From Acidobacteriota bacterium (lineage in GTDB: Bacteria; Acidobacteriota; CAIWXX01), in contig JBFMAF010000034.1 of NCBI GenBank assembly GCA_040755995.1, positions 64,001-128,000 on the forward strand: DNA of 64,000 bases, written 5' to 3'. The notes beneath the pieces are model-generated. The model was not told the origin of the DNA. It worked only from the letters and a program-made list of their open reading frames with translations, and made no database searches. The position numbers and the translations under genes were made by a program. Positions 1-10,400 of this stretch are shown one piece after another; position 1 is the stretch's first letter, and each line of letters begins with the position of its first letter.

Positions 1-1
1 T

Positions 2-886
2 CCGTTCAACCTGGGCATGAAGCAGGTGCCGGCCATTCGAATACCTCATCCCAGTGCGTGGCCGCGTCGCTTCGTGATGGATCGCAAGGCCTGCCCGGCA
101 GATTGCAAGGCCTGCGTGGATGCGTGCAAGTACAACGCGATCGACCTGAATGCGTCGCCGCTGGAGGAGACGGTCGAGGTCTCCGCCGTCGTGATCGCAA
201 CGGGGTGGCATCCTTACCCGATCGAGAAGCTCACGGAGCTCGGAGGCGGAACCCTGCCCGACGTGATCGCGAATGTCCAGATGGAGCGGCTGGTGTCGCC
301 GGCGGGCCCTACAGCCGGCAAGATCCAGCGGCCGTCCGACGGCCGGACGCCCAAGCGCGTCGCTTTCGTACAGTGCGCAGGCTCGAGGGACGTGAACCAC
401 CTCCCGTACTGCTCCGCTGTCTGCTGCCTGGCATCACTGAAGCAGGCGCTGTACGTCCACGACCAACTGCCCGAGACCGAGGTCACCATCTATTACATCG
501 ATCGCCGTGCGCCGGGCCGCAACGAAGATGTCCTGACTCGCGTGGCGGCGACATCCGGCGTGAAGCTCGTCAAGGGCAAGGTCGGCAAGATCGAGCGCGG
601 GTCGGGCGGCGCTTTGAAGTTGAGCGTGGAGGACGTGGAGTCCGGGCGGCTGGCCGACGCCCAGGCCGACCTAGTCGTGCTCGCCACCGGAATGGTGCCC
701 AACGTGCGCACCGACCAGCTCCCATTCGGTCTCACCAATGACGATGATGGATTCGGGCTGGACAACATGGAGAGGCGGGTCGTCGTCGCGGGCGTTTCGC
801 GGCGCCCGGAAGATGTGGCTGCGTCTGTCAGAGACGCCACCGGGGCCGCTGCGAAGGCCATGGTCGCGGCCGGAAGGAGAGCATAG
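2..886 (+). CDS. qmoA: QmoA, HdrA-like flavoprotein (5' part lies outside the window)
   Basis: HdrA-type motifs VAFVQCAGSRD, LPYCSAVCCLASLKQ and DLVVLATGMVP; frame is open to the window edge; directly upstream of qmoB. Confidence 0.9.
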   Translation, partial: PFNLGMKQVPAIRIPHPSAWPRRFVMDRKACPADCKACVDACKYNAIDLNASPLEETVEVSAVVIATGWHPYPIEKLTELGGGTLPDVIANVQMERLVSPAGPTAGKIQRPSDGRTPKRVAFVQCAGSRDVNHLPYCSAVCCLASLKQALYVHDQLPETEVTIYYIDRRAPGRNEDVLTRVAATSGVKLVKGKVGKIERGSGGALKLSVEDVESGRLADAQADLVVLATGMVPNVRTDQLPFGLTNDDDGFGLDNMERRVVVAGVSRRPEDVAASVRDATGAAAKAMVAAGRRA

Positions 887-3133
887 ATGCAGAAGTTCGG
901 CGTTTTCATTTGCACCGGTTGCGGCATCGGCGAGGCGATCAAGGTCGATCCACTCGCCGCCAAGGCGAAGAAGGCCGGCGCAGTTGTCTGCACGACCCAT
1001 CCGTGCTTGTGTGCGCCGGAGGGCGTCGCGGCGATACGATCGACGCTCCAGGGCGGAGCGGCTGAAGGGGTACTGCTTGCCGCGTGCTCGATCCGAGCGA
1101 AGTCCGAGGAGTTCAGGTTCGATCCGGCGCAGGCGGCGGTAGAGCGGGTCAGCCTGCGGGAACAGTGCGTCTGGTCGCACCCGGCAGGTGACGAGAATAC
1201 GCAGATGCTGGCCGAAGACCTCATGGCCATGGGCCTTGCCAAGATCGCCAAGATCAGCGTCCCCAAACCACTAACGGAGACTATCGAGCACACGGTGTTG
1301 GTGGTCGGAGGCGGGATCGCCGGACTGGAGGCCGCCAGGGCGGCTGCGGGTGTAGGCCACCCAGTGGTCCTCGTCGAGGCGAAGGACAAGGTTGGAGGTC
1401 ACCTGGCGAGTATCAAGGACATGGTGCCGGAGCATCCCCCGTACGACGTCGTTCACCCCAATCGAGTCACTGAGCTGGCCGCCCAGGTGAGCGCCCACCC
1501 TCAGATCCGCATCCTGACGTCGGCGAAGATCCGGAGCATCGCGGGCCAGCCCGGTCAGTTCCAGGTCGAGGTCGATACGCCGATCGGAGCCCTGTCGTTC
1601 ACAGCCGGCGCGATCGTCCAGGCCACGGGCGCGCGACCATACGACGCGCGCAAGCTCGCGCACCTCGGATACAGCCAGTCCCCCAACGTGGTCACGTCGC
1701 AGGAGCTCGATGGGATGCTCGGCGCCGGTAAGCTCGCCCGCCCCTCTGACGGCAAGTTGCCCGAGCACATCGTCTTTGTCCAGTGCGCGGGCTCGCGCGA
1801 TCCGCAGCACCTCCCGTACTGCTCCTCCGAGTGCTGCGGGAACACGCTCAGGCAGGTTGCGGCGATCCACCGCGACTACCCGAAGGTCGAGACCGCCGTG
1901 GTCTACCGCGACATGAGAACACCGGGGCAGCTCGAAAGATTCTACCTCGCTGTTCAGTCGCAGCCCAACGGTATGTTCACACGGGGCGAGGTCGAGAAGG
2001 TCGAGGGCAACGGTCACCTGAAGGTCTATCTGCGCGAGAGCCTGCTCGGCGACGGCGTCGCGCTTGACGCCGACCTGGTCGTTCTCGCCGTGGGCATGGT
2101 GCCGAACACGGCAGACGGCGAAGCTGTCCGCACGCTGCACGACGCGCAGAAGCGCGCCGCCACGGGAGACTCGGAGGTGCAGAAGGCCGAGGCCGCGAAG
2201 TTGGCCGCCTCTCTCATCCATCATGGGGGCACTGAGATCCTGAACCTTGGCTACCGCCAGGGCCCGGACCTCCCTATCCTCAAGTACATGTTCCACGACT
2301 CGCACTTCATCTGTTTCCCGTACGAGACACGCCGTACCGGCGTTTACGTGGCTGGATCGGCGCATGCCCCGATGGATGCTGCACAGGCGGCAGAAGACGG
2401 ATGGGGCGCGGCGATGAAGGCCGTACAGTGCATCGCGGCGGCGTGGCGAGGCGAGGCCGTTCACCCGCGCGCGGGTGACATCACGATCCCCGACTTCTTC
2501 CTGCAGCGCTGCACGCAGTGCAAGCGATGCACCGAAGAGTGCCCGTTCGGCACGCTGAACGAGGATGTGAAGGGCACGCCGCAGCCTAATCCTTTGCGCT
2601 GCCGACGGTGCGGTATCTGCATGGGCGCGTGTCCCGAGCGGATTGTCTCGTTTGCCGACTACTCGGTTGATGCCATCTCCTCGATGATCAAGGCGATGGA
2701 GGTGCCGGAGGAGGACGAGGAGAAGCCGCGCATAGTCGCTTTCCTGTGCGAGAACGATGCGGTGCCCGCCCTGGACGTGGCGGCCAGCCAGCGCCGGAGC
2801 TGGAACCCGTGGGTCCGGGTGATCCCGTTGAGGTGCCTCGGGTCCATGAACATCGTCTGGATCGCGGATGCGCTGTCGAGGGGCATCGACGGAGTCATTC
2901 TCATCGGCTGCAAACGTGGGGATGACTACCAGTGCCACTTCGTCAAGGGCTCCGAGCTGGCCAACACGAGGCTCAGCAACGTTCAGGAGACCCTCCAGCG
3001 CCTCCAGCTCGAGAAGGAGCGCATCCAGGTGGTCGAGCTGGCGCATGACGAGTACCACAGAATCACGGACGTTCTCGATGAGTTCGCCGGTGTCATCGAG
3101 AAGGTCGGCCCGAATCCGATGAAGGGATTCTGA
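887..3133 (+). CDS. qmoB: QmoB, HdrA-like FAD/FeS protein with C-terminal MvhD-like domain
   Basis: VLVVGGGIAG FAD motif, QCAGSRD, two ferredoxin motifs (CTQCKRCTEECP, CRRCGICMGACP), MvhD-like RCLGS...GCKRGDDYQCHF, ends GPNPMKGF. Confidence 0.95.
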   Translation: MQKFGVFICTGCGIGEAIKVDPLAAKAKKAGAVVCTTHPCLCAPEGVAAIRSTLQGGAAEGVLLAACSIRAKSEEFRFDPAQAAVERVSLREQCVWSHPAGDENTQMLAEDLMAMGLAKIAKISVPKPLTETIEHTVLVVGGGIAGLEAARAAAGVGHPVVLVEAKDKVGGHLASIKDMVPEHPPYDVVHPNRVTELAAQVSAHPQIRILTSAKIRSIAGQPGQFQVEVDTPIGALSFTAGAIVQATGARPYDARKLAHLGYSQSPNVVTSQELDGMLGAGKLARPSDGKLPEHIVFVQCAGSRDPQHLPYCSSECCGNTLRQVAAIHRDYPKVETAVVYRDMRTPGQLERFYLAVQSQPNGMFTRGEVEKVEGNGHLKVYLRESLLGDGVALDADLVVLAVGMVPNTADGEAVRTLHDAQKRAATGDSEVQKAEAAKLAASLIHHGGTEILNLGYRQGPDLPILKYMFHDSHFICFPYETRRTGVYVAGSAHAPMDAAQAAEDGWGAAMKAVQCIAAAWRGEAVHPRAGDITIPDFFLQRCTQCKRCTEECPFGTLNEDVKGTPQPNPLRCRRCGICMGACPERIVSFADYSVDAISSMIKAMEVPEEDEEKPRIVAFLCENDAVPALDVAASQRRSWNPWVRVIPLRCLGSMNIVWIADALSRGIDGVILIGCKRGDDYQCHFVKGSELANTRLSNVQETLQRLQLEKERIQVVELAHDEYHRITDVLDEFAGVIEKVGPNPMKGF

Positions 3134-3139
3134 TGAAGT

Positions 3140-4294
3140 TTGGAGGTTAAGGGAGACATGGCATCTGTTCCAGTGTTCGCTCCATCCTCGACATTCCGTG
3201 ACGAGCTGCGGCGCCGGGGAGGCGAGACGGCGCTCCGGTGCTACCAGTGTGCGACATGTTCGAGCGTCTGCGAGCTGGCCCCCGCCGAAGCTCCATTTCC
3301 GCGTCGCCAGATGCTTTGGGCGCAGTGGGGACTGGCGGACCGGATAGCGGCGGACCCGTCGGTCTGGCTTTGTCACCAGTGCAACGATTGTACTCAGCGA
3401 TGCCCGCGAGACGCGAAACCTGGTGACGTGCTTTCCGTGGTTCGCGCGCTGACCATCGAGAAGCTGGCGTTCCCGCGGTTCGTGGGGAGCCTTGTCGGGA
3501 AGGTCCGTGTGACGTGGCCGTTGGTTCTCGGCATCCCCATCCTGTTCTGGGTCCTCCTGCTCATGGCGGTGAACGGCCTGCAGGTGCCGCAGGACTTCCG
3601 GGCGTACGAGCAGTTCGTGCCGCACTGGTTGCTGTACGCGGTCTATTTTCCCGTGGTGGGCTGGGTGGTATTGGCGAGCTGGGTGAGCGGCCGCCGATTC
3701 TGGTCGCTGCTTGGACTGGGGGCCTCGCGCAACGGATCCTTCCTGGGGCATCTATGGCCGGCGCTGATGGAGGTCGGCACGCACAAGCGCTTCGGCAACT
3801 GCACCGCTGCGCGTCCGCGCAAGATCGCCCACCTTGCGCTGCTGTGGGGCTTCGTCGGCGCGGCAGTGACATCGGGGCTTCTGATCATGGCGATCTACGT
3901 CCAGGGCATGACGCTCGACAACGGGCAGATGCCGCTCTCTCTGTGGCACCCGTACAAGATCCTCGGCAACATCTCGGCGGTATTGCTCGTTGTCGGTGGG
4001 GTGCTGCTGGTGGCGAACCGGTTGCAAGACGGAGTCCGCTCCGGTGCCTCGACAGCATTCGACTCGTTCTTCCTGACTGTTGTGGGACTCGTGATCGTGA
4101 CGGGCGTACTCACCGAAGCAGGGCGATTCGGATTTACTCCGGAGCTGGCATGCGCGCTCTACGTGGTGCACCTGGGTGTGGTACTCTGCCTGTTCGTCAC
4201 GTTCCCCTATTCCAAGTTCGCGCACATGCTCTACCGTACGCTGGCAATGGTTCACGCCAGGATGGCGGGCATCGTCTCACCGCGCGCCAAGTAG
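3140..4294 (+). CDS. qmoC: QmoC, FeS plus membrane subunit (start may be ATG 3158)
   Basis: CYQCATCSSVC and CHQCNDCTQRCP, several transmembrane segments, C-terminal PYSKFAHMLYR. Confidence 0.93.
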   Translation: MEVKGDMASVPVFAPSSTFRDELRRRGGETALRCYQCATCSSVCELAPAEAPFPRRQMLWAQWGLADRIAADPSVWLCHQCNDCTQRCPRDAKPGDVLSVVRALTIEKLAFPRFVGSLVGKVRVTWPLVLGIPILFWVLLLMAVNGLQVPQDFRAYEQFVPHWLLYAVYFPVVGWVVLASWVSGRRFWSLLGLGASRNGSFLGHLWPALMEVGTHKRFGNCTAARPRKIAHLALLWGFVGAAVTSGLLIMAIYVQGMTLDNGQMPLSLWHPYKILGNISAVLLVVGGVLLVANRLQDGVRSGASTAFDSFFLTVVGLVIVTGVLTEAGRFGFTPELACALYVVHLGVVLCLFVTFPYSKFAHMLYRTLAMVHARMAGIVSPRAK

Positions 4295-4368
4295 AGCGCT
4301 GCCCAGGTGACGACGCGACAATGCAATGAATCTCGCGAGATAATCTCAACGTAAAAGGAGGAGTACTC

Positions 4369-5637
4369 ATGAGTAAACTCGTACAACCGCATGGGAGTGC
4401 GGATCTGAAGGCTCTTCTGCTTCAGGGGAAGGAAGCGGAGGAGGAGAAGAAGAAGGCTGAGACGCTCAAGAAGGTCCCCATGACCAGCCGGGAAACCTCG
4501 GACTTGATCATGATGGCCATCGGAGCTTTCACGCCGCTGCCGGGGTTCATGGGCCGGGACGATTGGAAGGGCTGCTGCGAGAACTACCAGCTGCCGTCCA
4601 TGAAGAACCTGTTCTGGCCCATCCCGATCACGCTGTCGGCCGAGCAGGCGCTTGCCGATTCGATCAAGATCGGCGAGGAAGTCGGGCTCTGGGACACGGA
4701 GACCGAGGCCTATGTCGGGACGATGAAGGTCACCGAGAAGTACGGGATCGACAAGGATTACGAGTGCAAGCAGGTGTTCCGGACCACCGACAAGGCGCAC
4801 CCGGGCGTGCAGAAGGTCATGGAGCAGGCACCCGTCAACCTGGCCGGCCCGATCCGGCCGTTCTCGGAGTCCTACTACCCCGAGATGTTCTCCACCATCT
4901 ATCAGCGGCCTGCCGAAGCGAGGAAGGCCTTCGAGGAGCGCGGGTGGAGCACCGTGGCGGCGCTGCAGCTCCGCAACCCGATGCACGGCTCGCATGCATA
5001 CCTGGCGTGGATCGCCATCGAAGTGTGCGACGGCGTCTACATTCACCAGCTCGTCGGCAAGCTGAAGCCGGGAGACATACCGGCCGAGGTGCGCGTGAAG
5101 GCAATCGATGCGCTCGTGAACAAGTACTTCCGCAAGGAGCGCGTGATCCAGGGCGGGTACCCGATGGAGATGCGCTATGCCGGACCGCGTGAGGCGCTGT
5201 TGCACGCCGTGTTCCGCCAGAACTACGGCTGCAGCCACCTGATCGTCGGCCGCGACCATGCAGGTGTCGGCGACTACTACGGCCCGTTCGATGCGCAGAA
5301 GATCTTCCTGGAGATCCCGCACGGAGCGCTCGAGCTCAAGCCGCTGCCGCTCGACTGGACCTTCTACTGCTACGAGTGCAAGGGCATGGCGTCGATGAAG
5401 ACCTGCCCGCACGAGAGCAAGGCCGTGATCGACGAGAACGGCAACTACAAGGGCGGCGCCAGGCTCCTGCTCTCCGGCACGCTGCTCCGGAAGCTGATGA
5501 GCGAAGGGAAGCCCGTGCCCGAGGAGTTCAGCAAGCCCGAGGTCATCGCGATCCTGAACGACTACTACAACAGCCTCGAGAAGAAGGTGGAGATCAAGCT
5601 GCACGGATTCGCCACCGGCGAAGCCGGCAAGAAGTAA
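4369..5637 (+). CDS. sat: Sulfate adenylyltransferase, copy 1
   Basis: [40 protein letters not shown] motifs; RBS AGGAGG. Confidence 0.97.
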   Translation: MSKLVQPHGSADLKALLLQGKEAEEEKKKAETLKKVPMTSRETSDLIMMAIGAFTPLPGFMGRDDWKGCCENYQLPSMKNLFWPIPITLSAEQALADSIKIGEEVGLWDTETEAYVGTMKVTEKYGIDKDYECKQVFRTTDKAHPGVQKVMEQAPVNLAGPIRPFSESYYPEMFSTIYQRPAEARKAFEERGWSTVAALQLRNPMHGSHAYLAWIAIEVCDGVYIHQLVGKLKPGDIPAEVRVKAIDALVNKYFRKERVIQGGYPMEMRYAGPREALLHAVFRQNYGCSHLIVGRDHAGVGDYYGPFDAQKIFLEIPHGALELKPLPLDWTFYCYECKGMASMKTCPHESKAVIDENGNYKGGARLLLSGTLLRKLMSEGKPVPEEFSKPEVIAILNDYYNSLEKKVEIKLHGFATGEAGKK

Positions 5638-5668
5638 TTACCCCCTTTACCCTCGCCTAACCTTCACC

Positions 5669-5700
5669 AACCGGGGCCTCCAGGCCCCGGTTTTTCTTTT
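5669..5700 (+). terminator. Intrinsic terminator after sat copy 1
   Basis: AACCGGGGCCT-CC-AGGCCCCGGTT hairpin followed by TTTCTTTT. Confidence 0.85.
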
Positions 5701-5880
5701 CGGCGGGGCCGTCCCAACCCTCGCATGCAGCTCTTCCACCGTGGCCCAGGATGGGCTGCACTCGCCCCCTCCCGACCCCTGCGCGAAATTTGACAGGCGA
5801 CGTGCGCCCTGCTACGCTTCGCCCATGTTTCGCTTCCTTCATGTGCATTCTCAAACGCTGCAGGCCCGGATAGGTCGGGG

Positions 5881-6183
5881 AGGGACCTGGCCGATGACGG
5901 CCTGGACTCCCTGTAGTCACGTCTTCTTGCTGCCGGTGGCCACAGCGACGTCGATGGCCGCATCGACCACTCGAAGCCCGGGCCGACGATGACCACGGCC
6001 TGCATCAACGCATCGAAGGGGCGGTTCGTTCACCACGCGGCCCCGTTCCAATGCTTCACCGACACCCTTGGCTTCCAGGCTGGCGTGATGGCCAGGGGTG
6101 TGCAGGTCGGGAACGCGGTGCCCAGACTTCTCGGCGAGGTGGTGTCGAGGGTGACGAACGCAGCCGTGACAGCAGTAGGGTGA
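5881..6183 (+). pseudogene. 3' relic of a C5-cytosine DNA methyltransferase
   Basis: HSDVDGRIDHSKPGPTMTTACINASKGRFVH...QVGNAVPRLL aligns by eye with FSDVYGRMAWDAVAPTITTGCVNPSKGRFLH...LIGNAFPPEL of the intact MTase at 12445-13500; in-frame TAG at 5914; no N-terminal motifs. Confidence 0.8.
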
Positions 6184-6207
6184 TCAGATCTGACGACGGG
6201 TGGTCGG

Positions 6208-7422
6208 ATGGCGCAATGTCACTTCGAGGACATACTGGCGCGCTGTGCCCGAGAAAGAGACGAAAGCGCATTCTCTGATCTGATCGCCTTCTCCAAGGAG
6301 CGTCAGCTGTCCGTGGATCAGATCAGCCGTTTGGCCACGGTTCTTGCCGACTCGGGGGACAGGTTCAGCTCTCCACATCAGTGGCAGACTGCTGATATTG
6401 CCTCGACCGGTGGGCCAACATCTCTCTCCACAATCATGTCTCCACTTCATCTGCGCTGCCTTGGCTCTCATGTGATCTCATTGGGGGTCCCTGGGCGCCC
6501 GGCTGGCGCGGTAGACGTCCTCGCCCAGATTCCCCGCTACAAGGTGCACCTCTCAAGAGGTGACGCACAGGCGGTTCTGGCAGAGTGCGGCTACGTTCAT
6601 CTTGTTGCCGACAGTACTTTTGCCCCTTTGGACGCCGCCTTGTTTAGTTTCCGGCGCCGAACAAAGGCGCCGCCGGTAGGTGCCATCGCCGTTGCGAGTC
6701 TGCTGTCGAAGAAGCTAGCAGTGGGAGTTCGCAGTGTCGGGCTGGATGTTCGCGTGGGCCATCATGGGAACTTCGGTGCCACGCTGCCGGAAGGCAGGGA
6801 GAACTCGATCACTTTTTGCCGCACGGCTCGCAACCTTGGCATCCATGCGACCTGCTTCTTGACTGATGGAACGATGGCCTACCAGCCCTATGTCGGCAGA
6901 TCCGAAGCACTTCTTGCGATAAGGGCCTTGATCGACGGCACTGCCTCACAATGGCTCCTAGAGCACAACCATCTATGTCGGCAAATGGCCTTGACGCTGC
7001 GCGGGGGTTCAGAGCCAACGAGTGCACTCTCTCTCCGAGACGCCTTTACCGCCAACCTGGAAGCACAGGGGTCCAACTACACCAACTTCCTTGCGCAGGC
7101 AGGTCGCGTGGAAGCGGCACCTCGTTTTCCGATCCGAGCGCCGTTGAACGGCTTCGTGAGGATCGATTTGGGCACCCTCAGGCTCTTGCTGGGTAAGTGG
7201 CAGTCAGGCGGGGATTGCAGTGCATCCGAGTACCCAGACGCTTGTGGCGTGACGTTGGTTCGACAATACGACGAGTTCGTGCACACGGGGGACGTGATAG
7301 CCCTGGTACGATGCCCGCATGAGGCTGCTGCACAGGCCACCGAAGACCTCGCGCGTGCATTCGGGATATCCGACGTGCCACTGCGAGCCGCTACAACCGA
7401 GATCATCGAGTCAGTCGGATGA
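6208..7422 (+). CDS. Divergent thymidine/pyrimidine-nucleoside phosphorylase (NP-II family)-like protein
   Basis: DIASTGG (canonical DKHSTGG), FAPLDAALFSFRR, ASLLSKKLA, LDVRVG, QPYVGRSEAL; stop overlaps the next ATG (ATGA). Confidence 0.8.
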   Translation: MAQCHFEDILARCARERDESAFSDLIAFSKERQLSVDQISRLATVLADSGDRFSSPHQWQTADIASTGGPTSLSTIMSPLHLRCLGSHVISLGVPGRPAGAVDVLAQIPRYKVHLSRGDAQAVLAECGYVHLVADSTFAPLDAALFSFRRRTKAPPVGAIAVASLLSKKLAVGVRSVGLDVRVGHHGNFGATLPEGRENSITFCRTARNLGIHATCFLTDGTMAYQPYVGRSEALLAIRALIDGTASQWLLEHNHLCRQMALTLRGGSEPTSALSLRDAFTANLEAQGSNYTNFLAQAGRVEAAPRFPIRAPLNGFVRIDLGTLRLLLGKWQSGGDCSASEYPDACGVTLVRQYDEFVHTGDVIALVRCPHEAAAQATEDLARAFGISDVPLRAATTEIIESVG

Positions 7423-10400
7423 ACCAACCAGGAGGCACCATGCTCAGGCAAGAGTACGCATGTTTTCTTCATCCGCGCAGCAAGGGCCAGAGCCTGGACG
7501 AGAAGTGCTCCGAGTGCGGTCTTCCATTCAGCTTTCCTCTGAGTAATGCCCCCGTAGAGATTGCTGGGCGGACCATCCGCCGAGGCATAAGCCGTGGCTT
7601 CTACGGCGCTGTATACGAGGCAGAGCATCGCACCATCAGGAACCGCACGTCCGCTATCAAGGTGATACCATTCGCCATCTACGCACCGGTTGAATCGGGA
7701 GGATACGGTAAGGACTTCTCGGCAGAGCTGCAACTTCATCAAGAGCTCTCGGCGATCGACTTGGTCGCAAGGCTTCTGGACGCCGGCGAATTCGAACTCT
7801 CCTTCAACAACGTCCGCATCCCTTGCCATTGGCTGGAGATGGAGTATGTTCGCGGCCCTACATTGAGGGATCTTATCGAAGCGGGTCCAGAGAACCCCCG
7901 CATCATTGCTCAGGTGGCATCCGATCTCTTCGACCTTGTGGAGCAGCTCCAGCAGCGCGGCAAGTTCCACAACGACCTCCATTCCGAGAATGTAAAGATT
8001 GTTCCCCTTGATCGCGGCCTGTGGCGAAGCAGTGCCATTGCCAAGAATGTTCAGACGAAGGTCCTTGATCTCGGCTCGGTCGCAGACGCATCGAAGTCCG
8101 CGCCAGCCCGGTGGGGGGATATCCATCAGGTCGCCAGCCACATCCTTTCACTCACGGAGGCTTACGAGCGGGCCATTCCGTCAGTGGAGCCGGGCGATCA
8201 GAGGATCGTCTCAAGACTGAGGCAGGCGGCTCAACACTGGTGCGCTGCGGATTGTGACTCGCGGCGCGCGCGCCCACATGACCTAAAGGCGAGCATCGCA
8301 GCCGCGTGCAGCTATGGCGCAGAGTGGTGGATGGAGTCTCACCGCCTTGATGCAATTGGTGCTCACATCAACGCTGTCACCATGCCCTCCCATAGGGCTC
8401 ATGCGCTCTTTTGCGGGCCAGCGGGATGGCGCGATGTAATGCTGGAATCGGGCACCACGTTGCTCACGGGAATGCGCGGCTGCGGCAAGACGATGCTGCT
8501 CCGTTCGATCCACTGGCAGGCCAGGGTATTTCAATACGATGGAGAGACAGAAGAGGAGGTCCGAGAGAGGGTCAACACCGACCGGTTTCTCGGTCTGTTT
8601 GTTTCCTGCGCAACGTTGCTTCGAGGCCCCCGGCCGACTCACATCCCGGAACTGGTGATGCATCGCCTGTTCCTTGCCTTCGCCCTCGAGGCAGTCCACT
8701 TCATCGAGACGTGTGACTTGCGGAAGATAGGATCGTTCGACGGCCATGGGTCTGCCAGGCTCTCAGACCTTGCAGCGCGTATCGCACCCTGGTACATAGC
8801 CCCGCAGGAACCAGCCGACCTCTACGCTTTGGAGGCGTCTATTCTCAGCGCGCTCAACAACGTCCCTTCGGAAAGTGGAGGGATAGCAGAGCTCAACCCG
8901 CGGGAGGCGTTCGAGGACCTCACCGCAGTGCTCCGATCCTGGGGCGATGTCGTCGGCAGCAAGAGATTGCTGTTCTTGTTGGACGATGTGTCGGTTCGCT
9001 ACATGTCCCGCGAGAATGTTGAGACTATCCTGAAGCAACTATGCTTCCAGAGCGGCATGTTCAGCTTCAAGCTCTCGACAGAAACACAGACACTGGCCCT
9101 GCATGCCCCAGGGGAGAAGCTTGCACAGGTTGGGCGAGACTATCAAGTCTTCGACCTTGGGGAGGAGGTATTCGCGATACTTCGGGACCGCAAGCAGAGT
9201 TGCGAGTTCTTTAAAGACATCCTGATGAAGAGGGCTGTCTCAACGACGAACCTGTCAGCCGCCCAGAGAGGTATGCCGGACATCCTCTTGGGACGGCTCT
9301 CTCTCACCGACATAGCAAGAGGCATTCGCGGGGAGTTCGGGAAGGGCAAGAAAGGCGAGAAGTTCCTTTACTGGAGCCTGGATGGACTTGTTGCGCTGTG
9401 CGTCGGCGATCTCGGCGACATCATCACCCTCTATGAGAGAATGGTCCAGCATGTAGCTCCCGAGCGACCCAGCGTGGCCCCCAACGTCCAGCACAAAGAA
9501 CTGATTGACTTTGCTGAAGCGCGGCTACGCGCACTCGCGGTGAGAGATCCCTGGCTGTACTCGCATGCAGTGGCTTTTGCCCAGGCAAGCAACCGGGAGC
9601 TGTTGGGCAGCACGCCGCAGCGGCTAAGGCAATATGCAGAGGTGGACGTGACCATCGGAATTGAGGCCGCGAACGAGCTCTTCCCCTTGGTCATGAAGCT
9701 TGTTGATGAAGGCGTCTTTGTGGCAACCGGCGCAACCTCCCGCATGAAATCGCGGGACGTGCTGCAGTTCAAACTCGCATTCCGAAAGATACTCGGGCTG
9801 ACCCACAGGATTCCCTTGAGCATGAGGGACCGCTTTGAGCTCCAGAATGCACGGCTCTCCTCATGGCTGAAATCGCCGAGCAGTGCCGTTCTGGAGAGCA
9901 GCCGTGCCGCTGATGAGACGGAGCCCGATGCAGAGCAGGAGCCGGAGCCTTCGGCGGTTGAGTTGCAGGCAGCTGAGCAGCAGCTGTCGCTCGCTTTCGA
10001 CGGGGAGAGCATGACCCGAGGGGATGCCCGAAAGCCCGATGAAGCACCTTCCATCGCGAGGGTGCTCCCTACTCCCCGTCTCCTTCACGACGTGACATCA
10101 CGACGGATACCACCCTCGCGCTGGGGTGCAGCACTGGCCAACTGCACTGTGGTTGCCGCCATCGGCTTTGAGGATAGGTCGATTGGGGCCTGGAAGAACC
10201 TGCTTGTCCGCACAGTCCCTAGACGTGCGGTCTTGCTGCGCTATCCTGACCCGGGTCTCATGAATGCAGCAAACGAGAGGATCCTGACATCGATGCTGAG
10301 GGAATCGACAGTTGACACCGTGATCGTCGACACCGGCAGTCTACCGTCGGATGATCTGGCGCTTTGCGTCGCGGCAGATGTCACGGGGTTGCTGGTCATA

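Noticed and set aside
1271..3751. 826-aa minus-strand ORF and other long antisense ORFs (for example 4252-5604, 20056-21210, 28944-30266)
   Set aside because: Shadow frames of high-GC genes; they overlap well-supported genes on the other strand and show no motifs
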